A DNA stretch of 59,305 bases, counting the filler, from Catajapyx aquilonaris (lineage: Eukaryota): NCBI GenBank assembly GCA_000934665.2. It is 4 parts of 4 records of this genome, joined end to end, with 100 filler letters (N's around TTAATTAATTAA, not from the genome) between each part and the next. Parts side by side here need not be neighbours in the genome. Positions count along the whole stretch, not along the records: positions 1 to 14,147 come from JYFJ02007864.1; positions 14,248 to 28,393 come from JYFJ02007865.1; 2 more parts are not named here. One strand, 5' to 3'. The notes beneath the pieces are model-generated. The model was given only the letters and a program-made list of their open reading frames with translations. It made no database searches and was not told the DNA's origin. This document shows, one piece after another, positions 10,831 through 22,967 of the stretch. Every line of letters starts with the position of its first letter. Position 1 is the stretch's first letter. A program made the position numbers and the translations under genes.

Positions 10831-13800
10831 GCTGGTGTTTGCAATAAAATATTATTTTGATATATCATTCAGGTGAAAGGTGCTATACATGGACTTTGTT
10901 TCATCCTGGCATAATGCAACCCAACGAACATACTTTGTTTAATGGTACTACTAGTACGTATTGTGGTAATTAATATTTGGCTAATTTTTGCATTCTTGTA
11001 CTTCAGCATGATGAGGTAATGTACTGCAAAGTAAAGCCTGGATCCATCAGTGTAGACATGTGCATTACACATGCTTAGACCAAAAAATCAACAATGATAG
11101 AAGCCATGTTCTTTTGGTCAATAAAATTCTTGGCCACATCCGCCAGTTTTTTTCAAAGTCCAGTAGCGAACACGACTGTATAAACCTTTCAATTGAACCA
11201 ACCGGTCTCTCTCTCTCTGTACGTGCTTATTCACGGCATCACAAACGTGCCGACATGATCACTACAATGCCGAGTAGTTTCGAAGTACTCGTATTCCCTC
11301 CCCGTACTTTTGTTACAAGTTCGAAACGTGCGGCGGAGTAAGTTATACAGTTACAGAGCCAATGGTATATATATACTTCCACTGTATGCACATTGCCTAT
11401 CTACGTACTGTAAGCCTCTATTGGAGAAGTTGGCGTAATATGAGTTCTGCTATACATGTAGGCATAGTGTATGCTGAAGTTGACTAAAGTTATAATGGAT
11501 TACATTGCAGAGTTGGTTTTCAAAACTTGTAACTTCATGACTGCCCCCGCTACGCTGAATATTGGCCAAATAAAGACAGGTTGATGTACGCGTACTAGAT
11601 TTGTTGTACAGTAACGTAGACTCTCAACACTTGGCAAAGGTTGCTTCAACATCTGTAGATGCAAAGATTTACGCCCCTTGGAAACCCTCCCAGAGTTTGC
11701 TCACAGGCAATGAAAATCCCCGTATGCATACTAATCACCACTTGAAGCCGAGGTAAAAATCTGACCAAGTAATGCTTTCAAATGACTTGCACCATTCGGA
11801 CTCCCCCTCCCAATCCTATGGATTACGCAGAATTTAACAAGTTTGTGATGGAAATGGCCAAAAACCCCGCTCTGTAATCTGAGCTTGGAGAATTTTGCAG
11901 AGAATTCGATTCACATCTCCCCCCCTATTGTTTTAAAAATATATACATATTTCCGAGGGCATTTTTTTCCGCTTCCCCTTTTGGACTGTATATATTATTC
12001 TCTCTAGGGACATGGAGAGGGTTGTATTCTGCCTGCCTGCTTTACACCGCTAATTTTTGGATTGCAGGCAGTGGCCATGTTTTACGGGCGCCCCGTTATT
12101 ACGCCCGTTTATTGGCTGTCGTTTGCGGGTTATTACAGCGGTTTAATTTTGGAGGAGGCGCAGCAGGAAGCCTCTCTTGTGCTCTCTTTTCCTGTGCCTG
12201 ACACGCCGCAAGAATACTCGACAAGGAGTCGCCTCATCTCCTCTCCCAACAACCGGCGGGTGGGAGATACTTAGGGTTTACAAAGATATTTAGCTCCAAG
12301 TGTTACGCCATTAGCCTGGAAAAGTTGGGCTTAATTACAATAGCATTTTGGGGGGGCTGATTAAAAATTATTGGAAAATTGATTGCACAGCTTTTAAAAA
12401 AAAAACAACAAATTGTTGGCAGCAACAATTAAAGAAGTTTCTGCTGACAAATTTTACTGTAGATGCTGCAACGTTTAATTTGTTTTTCTAGTGCGCAGGC
12501 GTAGAAAACAGCGACGCGGGTGGAGGGGAAATGGGATGGGTGTGCGGAAGTGGAAGGTGATACGGGAGAGGGGATGTGTACTCGTCGACCTCCAGCAAAC
12601 TACTGAGGAGTTCCTCCACCTATTGCGCATGTGCAGAACGCGGGCCAATAGGAAACGTCGAGGTAACAACAATCGACGGACCAATCAGAGGACTATAGGT
12701 CATAGTCTGAAGGATTTTAATATTATACTAGATTTTTGTCCCCCCCCCCCACCCCAAAGGGCTCTGCCCCGGGGTAACTTAAATAAATAGAATAAATAAA
12801 TAATATAGATTTTTCTCATTATGAGCAATTGAACTAACAGAAGTAAAATCCTAACAACAGTACAGAACGCCATATTTGGCTTGATGTTAATATTGCAAGG
12901 AAGGATGTTAAAGTCAGAATATTGAATTCGTGCAACTATATGAGTTTCGCAATAATTTTACTTTTGTTGCGCATTCCTTTTTGCAAGTTTGGTAGATTAT
13001 ATACCTGCACACACAGTGAAGCTCGTCACGGAAAGGCTGCGGTTGAATTATTGCGGAGGTTTTGTCCATTCCGGTTAGGATACTCATGTATCACAAGTTT
13101 CTGGGAGTTTCTATTCAGAATCCCCAGAGGATGTCTGATGTTATTAAAGGCCCGGTACTGGGAAATGTCCTGCTCATACACAATGCTGCTGCGTAGCTGC
13201 AGTAAATGGAGTTAAACTTTTTTGGGGGGGTGGGGGGGGGAGCTTGGGGAAAAAATTGGTGCGCACAAGTAAAGGTATGGTTTTATGAGTTTTTTAGGCT
13301 AAAATTTTACTGTCGATGCAGAGCAATGAACGTTTTATTGTTTGGCTCTGCTGTTCATGTAGATCTACATTATATGGAGCGATTCATAAATTTTACCGTG
13401 CTTTGAATCATATTCTTGCTTATACAAATTTGGACTGTGCTAAACTCTTGCTAATTTACATTGCTTATAAAACCGGATTTAATAAGATAAAATAAGTACG
13501 GCCAGAAATTAAAATCTGCTTATATTTTTCCTTCCCTGAAGTACTGATTTAAATCTTGCATGTTGCATCACTTGATCCTTCAGCAAAAAAAAGTTGGCTA
13601 TATCGGATTCCGCGACTTAGGATCCGGCTGCACTGTACACAATTTTCCGGAAAAGATTATGTATAATTGAACACCTAAAGTGCAAAACTATCAGAGTCAC
13701 AATCGAGTGATTTCAAGATTGAAGTTGTAAGAGTATACACTTCTCACCAGATTGCAATTTTCTTATAAGAAAACCAACTTGATTATCATCAGATATAATG

Positions 13801-14147
13801 TTAGTCAAGGACTGAAGGACTGTATTAATTTCGGAAAAGATGTGAATCTGTACAGTATATACTGTACAGTACATCCACTTTCAGTTGTAAAATTCCAGTT
13901 CAGATTCAATCTGAATAAGAATCCGAATTTTAAAAAGCCCTTTATCATACTTGATAGACGCTATTAATCATTCTCAAATTTTTCATCCGTGCTCAACCCT
14001 AATAGATTTTGCCTTCTGTCTATGAGAACCATCTCTATGTATTAGCCCCCACCACAAACTAGCAATCTCGGACCCTAACACGTTTTGTCAGACTTTGATC
14101 CTATTATACCAAAATCGTAAGTTGCACTCCCCCCATCTCAATTCCTT

Positions 14148-14247
14148 NNNNNNNNNNNNNNNNNNNNNNNNNNNNNNNNNNNNNNNNNNNNTTAATTAAT
14201 TAANNNNNNNNNNNNNNNNNNNNNNNNNNNNNNNNNNNNNNNNNNNN
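14148..14247. other. Artificial scaffold-concatenation linker
   Basis: Exactly 44 N + TTAATTAATTAA (stops in all six frames) + 44 N. Confidence 0.97.
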
Positions 14248-15035
14248 CCCCCCCCTGTCGGTCATTTTGGTCAATCTCTATACCAAACGGAGTGACATCG
14301 ATAGAGATTCAAAACCCAGTAAAGTACATATCTGTAACTGTTTTCGTTTTCAAATGAAAGGGTGGGACGCTATGGTCAAAAATGGGGCTGGGGGGCGGGG
14401 GGGGATGCCGATCGTCTTTTGTTTCTCTCCCCCTCTCGTGATTATGGCTTGAATTGCATACCTCCACAAATGTACATCGACAGACCCTGGTAAAAGTCAC
14501 TTTTGTAACTTTTCCAGTTTTCGAGAAAAAACAGCCGCGAAGTTTCAACCGCATTTTGCAGGTGCTCCTATTTTTGTCCAACCCCTGTACTACTTGTAGG
14601 GTCCTGTTGGATCCACCTGTTGCTTATGAAGAGGATCCTGTTGGAACCTCTTCCTAAGCAGAGGAATAGCATGTAATTTGACATATGAGCCATTCAGTTA
14701 CTATGTTGTAGTGGAAGTAATTATGTTCTGGAGAGTATTTCTATGGAACGAGTGCATAAGTGATTAAGACCAATCACGCGTAGGTAGGGAAGGTTTATTA
14801 ATTTCTTAATTTCTCTCCATATTAATTAATGAAGGTCTTCCACTGAGAACTTTTCTCATTTTGTAAAAGGTGCAGTGTATGATAGGATTTATTACCTATG
14901 TGTTAGTAAGAGTAGGAATATGTTTCTTTATAAGTGAGATGCATGAATTTCTACAACATTTCAACATGATTATTTTGTATTTAAAATGTGAAACATTTGT
15001 CTTTTTGTCAATAATACTTGTGTGGCTGATTTCAG

Positions 15036-15242
15036 AACCAAAGGGAATATTACAACCTGGCCACACAGTTTCAAAAATACAAAAAGGTGGCCAAAAAGAA
15101 GGAAGGAGAGTTACAGCAACAAATAAATGGCTTGGTTGAACGACTTGAGTCTGTGTTTCAAAATCTGACTAAGGCAGAGCAGAATCTGCTCAAAAGCTAT
15201 GAAACAAAGACACGATTTAACAACCAGCTGCAATTGACCACA
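15036..15242 (+). CDS. Coiled-coil protein of unknown family, internal exon
   Basis: Acceptor GATTTCAG, donor GTGGGT, phase 0. Encodes NQREYYNLATQFQKYKKVAKKKEGELQQQINGLVERLE...QLQLTT. Confidence 0.75.
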
Positions 15243-16156
15243 GTGGGTATAATCTCCCAAGTGTTTTCTGCAATAACTGGTTTTATTTTATATTGGTGTC
15301 ATATAGGTTATATTTTATGATGATCCAGGCGATATGAAGACAGTAAATGGAAATGAAGTGATGCAGTGGGTTATGCGTATGTTCACAGAAGGAAAGAAGC
15401 TAGTTGTACAGATTGAGAAGCGTTTTTCTGAAATGTTGGGAGTGGAAGTGTTTTGAATATTTACTAATTTGCGTGGAATGAAACCTAAGCCTAAACACGA
15501 TATCAATTTACATTTCAGAATAGAGGTTTTACATAAACTGTGAAGGTGGTGTTTTATCAATTCTTTAGAAGTTTGAATATATATTTACAGATACAGCCGA
15601 TGCAGGTAATGTGTGACACTAGTAATGTTATACTCATCTGAAATTTTTCATAATTTGTGGTGTGTCATGTCAGAATTCAAAAACCTTAGGATTTTGGAAG
15701 TTTTTGGTTTTTGTAATTTCAGATGAAGGATTCTCAGCCTGTAATATCCTCAGCTTCTCATACGTGGGGAGTTGGGAGTTTCACATTCTTGGGCAGAATT
15801 TCTGCTAGTCCATTCATGCAAGGGAACCTACTAAATTCCAAGGCAATGTTATTTCGGTTGCGTCAGCATTTAACTTCCCTCTTGTTATTCTTCAATTGTG
15901 GTTTCGGCCAACTAATTTCTATCTCAGTAAAGGTTATACACCATATGACCCATCAAGGGGCAGGTTATTGCCCATTATTATCGTTTTATCAGGACAACAT
16001 CAGAATTACAATTGCAAAGAAAACCTTATAAAAAACTAATGTGCCAGTTCCCAGTTATTGCAGATAACCCACCAATAAATTATTGATTCATAGTGAAATC
16101 AAGTCAAACTGACTTTGAAAATCAGTGTAAGTGGGTCATTTGATTTCTCCTTGCAG

Positions 16157-16420
16157 GTGGACTTAGTGGAGGAGAGAGCATTAAGGGAAACGCTGGAGGA
16201 AGTAGAAGCCCGGCTCAACAGTCAGATGCTTGGTTTGAGAAAAAAGATGCAAAATAATACGCAGAAATACATGTCCCTCAAGAAAAAATGCAGGCAGTTG
16301 TCCTGCAGCAACAAAGCACACTTAGAAAGGATTCGGAGCAGGAACTCACAGATTAGCAACTTGAGGAATGCACTTGCCACTTTGAAGAACTTATGTCAAA
16401 GTCTAGAAACTAACTATCGG
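16157..16420 (+). CDS. Coiled-coil protein of unknown family, internal exon
   Basis: Acceptor TTTCTCCTTGCAG, donor GTATGC, phase 0. Encodes VDLVEERALRETLEEVEARLNSQ...LCQSLETNYR with heptad-like E/K/L/Q composition. Confidence 0.85.
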
Positions 16421-16481
16421 GTATGCAGAGAGTGACATTTACTCTCTCACATCTCATTTCAAAAATGTGTCTGCTTTTCAG

Positions 16482-16928
16482 GAGATGCTTCTTCAACTGG
16501 GTGAGCACATACATGTTGCACTGGAACTAGCAAACAATGCGACAGGCCATAGTGCTATGGAAATATCTGAGTCAGAACAAGTTCCAGGAGATTTAGTTCA
16601 GTGGTACAGGAGTATGGAGGAGATGGCAACTTTGTTACATATTCGAATCCAAAGTTTGAATCCTGTAAATAGAGATGTATCTGCATTTATTGCTGCTAAT
16701 ATAGTAGACTCTGACAAAACAAGCTGCAACGAGGACTCTCTGCCACGAGATGATTTGCCAATCATTATGGATGACCATGGGAATAATCAGTGTACATTTG
16801 ATGTTCCATATGTGTCTGCAGTGGCAGGGGGAGATTTACAAGGACTTCATCCTCCTAATCTGACTGCTGCTGAGAAGGATATTTTTGATTTCATGGCACA
16901 GAAGAGGAATGTTCAGTATCAACAGTGA
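16482..16928 (+). CDS. Coiled-coil protein of unknown family, terminal exon
   Basis: Follows a 61-bp GT-AG intron (16421-16481, acceptor CTTTTCAG) in frame. Encodes EMLLQLGEHIHVALELA...KRNVQYQQ*. Confidence 0.85.
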   Translation, partial: EMLLQLGEHIHVALELANNATGHSAMEISESEQVPGDLVQWYRSMEEMATLLHIRIQSLNPVNRDVSAFIAANIVDSDKTSCNEDSLPRDDLPIIMDDHGNNQCTFDVPYVSAVAGGDLQGLHPPNLTAAEKDIFDFMAQKRNVQYQQ

Positions 16929-17676
16929 GTTTTCATTTACATTGATATTTCATCATTAGTTCACAGAATTTCAATATAAGGTGATACAAGATTAAAGGTA
17001 CAATAATCTATATTTTCTTCCAAATTACATTTGGCAACATCACCACATCAGGTAGTCTACATTATATTTATGTTTTAAAAGTAGCACAAATCACATCAAA
17101 TCTGAGAAGTTAATGTTATCAATGACCTTTTCTAAGGACAAAAAGGGTTTCTTAGTGCATCAAACCTGCCCTTGTGCAGATTCAAGAAATGGTTACAATT
17201 AGGCACTTACACATACTTCATTTAACACTGCCATTCTCTAACAATGGAATAGGAGCAGGCTAGCTTATGTGCATGATTGAAGAGGTGGTGGCAGAGAGGA
17301 ATATACATTAAAGGATGAGGAAACCAAGAACTGATTGATGTTATTGTTGGGGAGTGTACAGGTGTGAATGTCAGTTTGTCAGTTGCAATACATAGTCTGT
17401 TGCCATATTCTTTGATACCAAGCATATTAATGAGTGTTGCTAATGCCAATAGAAGCAAATTAAAACCGTCAATGAGAGATGGATCAAAGTCTATGGGATG
17501 GGTCAATCAACAATATACTGTATGATTGCATTGCTTGAAACTGATTGAAGGTTGTGGGTTCCTTTACATGTTTTAAACAGTCACATGAAAATTCCCATAG
17601 AACGTAATTGTTACATACACTACCTCTGCTGAATATGGGCATTAAACACAATATAGGCCTTTCAATTCATCTAGTA

Positions 17677-18278
17677 CAGTAAAACTTATATAAGTCGAAT
17701 CTCCATGGGACCAGAAAAAAACTTTGAGTTATAGATGATTCGAGTTAGAGAAGTTTGGACTTGTTAACACATAAGTCTATAAGGAAGCCTACCTTTATAT
17801 CCAGCGATGAAAGGTGTTCAAAGCTTTAAAATAACTGTCACTATATCACACTTACAATGTTCTTTGTTGTTTTGGTGTAAAAAAAAAACTATTTTATGGA
17901 CATTTGCCTACTCTTAGATTCAAGGATTCAATTGTCACAATCGAGTCAAACACTTCTTTCGGTACGTCTAGTAGATGGAGATCAGGATATTGAAGCCTTT
18001 CTGTAAATGTGGCCTACTCTCGACTCTTTGGCTAGGAAATGAAACTTTTTTCCATACTCGCCAACATGAACTTCGACTTAGGGAGACTGAAAATGCATTG
18101 ATATCCCATGGTAAGGCCCTGCCTCCACTTCGAGTTATGGAGAACTTCGAGTTATAGAAATTCGAGTTAGGGAAGTTTATTCCCTATTATTTTACATTGT
18201 GACCAACCAAGCTCATCATTTTATTCGACTTATAGAGAACTTCAACTTGGGGAAGTTCGACTTATAGAAGTTTTACTG
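17677..18278. mobile_element. Tc1/mariner-superfamily (pogo/Tigger-like) MITE
   Basis: TIR CAGTAAAACTT(A/C)TATAAGTCGAA matches at 22/23; TA on the left flank, CA on the right; internal TTCGAGTTA repeats. Confidence 0.85.
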
Positions 18279-19668
18279 CATCTTGGAAGTCATCAACCAG
18301 AGAGGAATCAGAGAGAGGGGAAAAAAAAAATTTTTGACAAAAGGGCATTGATTTTAAAATTCTATCAATGCAATATGAAATGAAACAGGACAAAACTAAG
18401 GACAAACTAAATATTGGAGCATAATATGCAATTCGTGAGCATGAACTACTTACCAAAAATCCTGAAATCCTGACCAGTGCTTTCTCCTGGATCTTGCAAA
18501 TTGGCTGCCAGATTCGATATTTCGGCTAATATATTGTGAATCGCGCCTTCTCCAAAAAAAACTCCCTCTACAAAATATGTGCAGCACGATCTGCATTAGG
18601 TATTGTCTTCAGGTGTTAAATGGCAGAAAGTGAAAACTTACCAAGAAAATTTGCCGTGAATATAGAATAGTGCTAATTAGGCACATAATGTAATTACACG
18701 TGAAAAATAATAATCGCGATATATCAGGATTACACCACCAATATTGAAGTAAAGCGGTAATTTTTGTCATAAGTTGGTTTTATGCATGTAATTTTGATTA
18801 GATTGTACTTTCGTCAGGATTGGCGCCTTGGCATCGATTTTGATGCCGATGGGATTTTGTGAGACATTAAGTATGTAACACCATGCAAAAGCATTAAGAA
18901 TCCCCCTGTATCATTCTGAGAATTTTTTCAGAGTTTATATATTATGTCATCGTCGGTTATGCGAGTCCATTTCGCCAAAAAGATGACACGTTTCGGTTTC
19001 ATCGAGTGTAAGAGGAGAAATGTATGATATTTGTGCAAAAATAGTAGGGGAAGTAAATATTCCTTATCTTGTCTTTTTTCGATTTCTGCAAAGGGAATTT
19101 GATTTCTTTTGACGGAATCGGTAATATTACTTACTCAACTGGGCCATCGCAAAGTGTTCAGTAATTAGTGCGGCAGAGTGAGGTTGATTTGAAAGTGTGC
19201 GAGGCCAGGAGAACTACACCATTAATTTCCAGTTCTAGGTATCCCGTCATGGTCATTTTTATTGTCCACATGTTTGCATGTTGCGATATCGATTCACAAC
19301 CAATTACCTTGTTACATTTTCACCTTTTATAATTAGCTGTTTGAATACATTTTGCAGATGCCATACATCCGATTCTCAAAGTAAAAATTTTATTCTTAAG
19401 GGGAAGGTGAGTTCTAAACAGAAAATCTGTCTGGCCATTTTGTAGGGTTGTGTCCAATGTAAATGTGGAGTTTCATGAAACTTATTGTTTACATTGTTTG
19501 CTTTATGGGAATGTTTCCTTGGGGAGGTATCGTGTACCATAAATACAAGTGTTACGTGTTAGGGTAAAGTATTTTAATGTTTAACATGACCTACATTTTT
19601 AACTGACTTTGAAAATCTCTCCCGGTTCCATACAAGTACTATATCTCTCAAAAACATAGAGACGATTT

Positions 19669-19931
19669 AGGGCGACATGGTTGCCGAGTGGTTAGCGCCG
19701 CAGCCGTCCACCTCTAAGGTCCCGAGTTCGATCCCCGGGTCGGACGGAGGATACTTATGTGGATAGAGTTTCGATGGGTTCTCTCCGTGTTCGCGTGGGT
19801 TTTCTCGGGGTTCTCCCGTTTCCTCCCACTATCAAAATCCATCACATTACAGGCAAATGATTAAAATCGGTTATTCAAAAGATGATCCCCTAAGAGGCCC
19901 AAGGGGCCTATCACGGGGTATCCATTATTAT
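19669..19931 (+). mobile_element. tRNA-derived SINE with V-domain-like body
   Basis: Box A TTGCCGAGTGG and box B GTTCGATCC; body GTTCTCTCCGTGTTCGCGTGGGTTTTCTCGGGGTTCTCCCGTTTCCTCCCAC; short ATT tail; 15-bp TSD ACATAGAGACGATTT (19654-19668 and 19932-19946). Confidence 0.9.
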
Positions 19932-21086
19932 ACATAGAGACGATTTTGCACTTGAGTCAAATGCAAAATCGCCTCTATGTTTTTGAGCAATGTAGTACAT
20001 ATATGCTCAGCTTTGCTCACTATTTAGGAGACAGATGTAGGCCTACTGAATTATGAGCCTTGCATAGTAATAAGTCTACTGCAGTGTACGGTATAGTTTT
20101 AAAAACACAATGACCACAGTACCTCTTCTTATATTGAGACAGCCTGGTTAGAAGTCGATTTTTTCTTATGCCATCTGCATCACTGTAAAGAACAGTACTC
20201 AGCTATGTACAAAATGCATCTAGTCTATAGAGAAGGATTTGTTTTACACTCTTGACCAATCAAGTTTTACTGGATTGTGTCAATTGTGTACAGTCTGTTA
20301 AGTTGTTTGTCAGTTGTAACTATGCAGATAAAAAATTTAGCAGAGTTGTTCAGGTGTGCCACAACAGTGTAGCCTCCCTCCCTTTGCTCTTTCAGGTTCA
20401 AAACGGTAATAACATCTCTGCAGTCGGCAATCGCAAAATTGGATGTAAAGAAAGCTGACCACGAAATGAAGTATGGTAATGAATGACTGAACTTGTCAAG
20501 TGAAACTGAAGTGCTGAATGTTTGTAATTATTGCATATGGTGTACTGGTGATAACATTTCGGTATCAGTATATTATTATTCTCTAATGTACTTTTGTTGG
20601 CTTTTGTGGTGCTTCTATTATGTTGCACTTTGGTAACATTGTCATTCTCTTAGTTTACATGTAATAAATTTTGTGTGTGTGTGTGTGTGTTTTAAAACTA
20701 GTTCAGATATGGAGTAGACAATAATTGTTATTTTTAAGTACAATTTTAATCTATAATCCCATTAATGGAGTAACAATTAAGTTTCATGACATTAATAAAG
20801 AAGTACTTTACTGCATATTTTTATTATACCACAAATGCAAATAAGGTATCTCCTTGACTATTACTAATATACTGAGTGTTTCAGAATTAAGCTTACAGTA
20901 GTGATTGAAATGTCTCAAACTCTCCTGTGGCAAGTTGGTAATAAATCCTGCATTAGTCCAAATTTTAATCAGCCAGAAGAACAGAACTACTCCCCACTTG
21001 TCACAACTATGTCTTCCTCATAGGAATGAACAAAAAATAGCTTGTCATGTCAAAGGGTGACAGGGGAGGGGGGCAAGAGAGGAACA

Positions 21087-21132
21087 GGTTTGGTTTGGTT
21101 TTTTTTAGGAAGGAGCCAAAGCAACTATATGC
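21087..21132 (-). mobile_element. Short LINE-type 3' tail ending (AAACC)n
   Basis: Minus strand AGTTGCTTTGGCTCCTTCC...AACCAAACCAAACC resembles the tail at 26848-26892 (AGTTGCTTTGGATTCTTCCGAATAAACCAAACCAAACC). Confidence 0.65.
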
Positions 21133-21133
21133 A

Positions 21134-21790
21134 ATAACTAATCCATCTTGTGCATCTATACCTTTGGGTGTGTATGGAGTAGCCCATGATGTTAATGTCT
21201 CTCAGCTTGGGTTGGTCACTGTTAGGCTTCTCTGATGGATGCATGGAAGGCCGAGGAAATTGAATTAATGCATATATTTGCCAAGCACAAGTCTACCTTA
21301 CGTGAATAAAGTGGACAAACTAGTGGAACCTGGAGGCATGATGAGTCAGCCATGGTTGGGAAGAGCTCAACCAATTCTACCGAAGCATCAGCAGATTTCC
21401 ACTCTCAGTTGTGGCATGCTTGTTAGCCCCAAATGGTGATAAATACTGTAGGTAAGGTTTGTGATGCCATCAGATGGGTATATCAGCAGTGGTACATGCA
21501 CACTGAATTCAAAATAATATTGCTGTACTTTGACCACTGTTCGTGCTCTCCAAGGGACCATCCATGATAACCCAAGAGCACCACCACTGTATTGTTAAGA
21601 AACCCACTCTGGCTCAGTCTAGACAACAAATGGCGAAACAACTCATCCATGTAAGACGTTGCTGCACAATAACTTTGCCTTAGAAGCTTGCGGATTCAAG
21701 ATATGGTATGGGACCAAACGAGAAGCTACGAGTAAGATTGAGTCTGGATATGTCATCTCCCTTCCACATTCATTCCTTAAGGCGTCTGCC
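21134..21790 (-). pseudogene. IDS: Iduronate-2-sulfatase pseudogene (C-terminal half, frameshifted, no introns seen)
   Basis: Manual translation across frameshifts: DDISRLNL..SFGPIP / RQSYCAATSYMDELFRHLLSRLSQSGFLNNTVVVLLGYHGWSLGEHEQWSKYSN / FEFSVHVPLLIYP / VELVELFPTMAD..LQVPLVCP / QFPRPS...NSDQPKLRDINIMGYSIHTQRYRCTRWI. These are collinear with IDS motifs DHGWALGEHGEWAKYSNF, VELVSLFPTLA and QYPRPS...SDKPSLKDIKIMGYSIRT. Confidence 0.9.
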
Positions 21791-21806
21791 CACACACTCT
21801 CTCCTG

Positions 21807-21910
21807 CAGTGGCGTCGCTAGTGTTGTTGTCACCTGGTGCGGCAACTGGTGGTGTCACCCGCCCCCCTCCACCCCCCTGTCCCAAGGGCCAGGACCCTCT
21901 CCCGTGCCCG
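21807..21910 (+). mobile_element. Left end of a CAGTGGCGT-type (hAT-like) element abutting the IDS pseudogene
   Basis: CAGTGGCGTCGCTAGTGTTGTTGTCACCTGGTGCGG...GGTGTCACCC; the right end is not clearly preserved. Confidence 0.5.
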
Positions 21911-22014
21911 ACCGTACAGAATACTTGGTTATTTTTTAGTACTAATGAAGCTCTCATGTATATCATTGATTGCCATGTGAATAGTTGTCATGAAAAGAAC
22001 AAAATTTAAAGGTG

Positions 22015-22150
22015 TACGAGTTGTGATCGAAAAGTTCCAGGACTGTGTTTATGAAAACATTAACATTTGCCACCTTCAAAGTAGCAAGTAGTCACCTTGG
22101 ACATGTAGGCTATACAACAATTCCAGCGAATTTCCCATTTTTGGAAGCAC
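22015..22150 (+). mobile_element. Mariner-like element terminus fragment
   Basis: TACGAGTTGTGATCGAAAAGTTCC resembles mariner TIRs (TACGAGG...AAAAGT). Confidence 0.5.
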
Positions 22151-22398
22151 CAAAAAAATTGGTCACCAGTAATAATAATTAATAATACTTCATACCCCGT
22201 TATCAGCCGGCGGCTCTTTAGGGGGGAAATTTTTGTTTTAACTGGAACTCTTTGCTTTTCATTTTATTTGCTTTTTGGGATAGGATAGGGACGGAAGGAA
22301 GCGGCTGTGGCCTGTTTTGTGAATTTTTATACCACGGATATTTTTATACCACGTGAATTTTTATACCAGGGAAATTTTTATACCACAATTTTTTTTAA

Positions 22399-22505
22399 CC
22401 CTGTAATGCCCCTTGGGTCATATCTGGCACACCATTTAGTGCAATTTTTATATTTCCTGTAAGTGCCAAATGTCACTAAATGGTGTGCCAAGGGGCATTA
22501 CAGGG
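22399..22505. mobile_element. Small piggyBac-like MITE
   Basis: TTAA|CCCTGTAATGCCCCTTGG ... CCAAGGGGCATTACAGGG, with inner inverted TGGCACACCATTTAGTG/CACTAAATGGTGTGCCA. Confidence 0.7.
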
Positions 22506-22967
22506 ATATATCACATGAAAAGAAATCATAACAGGTTTTTTTTTGTTATCACATTCTTTTACTTAGCACACTAATACGGCTAAAAAATGTAACCTAAATC
22601 AAATATTTTATGGTGATTGCTGAATTTTGTGGCGCCCTTTCTTTACAATAAGTACATGCTGGAGAGAGTGTCAGTATCGAAGTCGCGCAGTGGTCTAGTG
22701 GTTAAGACTCTCTCTTCGTAACCAGAAGGTTGAAGGATCGAATCCTGAAAGGAAGACGTCGAAAGGGGGGGGGGAGGGGAGATTTTTTTTGGGATATTTT
22801 TAAGACACCTGCTTAATGGGAGGGGGCGGTCACTTTTTTCGAAGAAAAAAGTCAAAAAATAAAAAGTCATCAAAATGATCAAGTGGCTTCGCTTCGTGTT
22901 GTCCATCCCGGCAGCCCCCACCCTACGCACCCCATAGTCCCTACATTTGTCTTATACCAGGGAGTTC

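Noticed and set aside
14192..14203. TTAATTAATTAA as a biological site
   Set aside because: It is identical and centred in three 100-bp N spacers, so it is an assembly linker.
22682..22760. tRNA gene
   Set aside because: It has a box A and a degenerate box B (GGATCGAATCC), but the acceptor and anticodon stems do not pair well. It is a SINE head or pseudo-tRNA.
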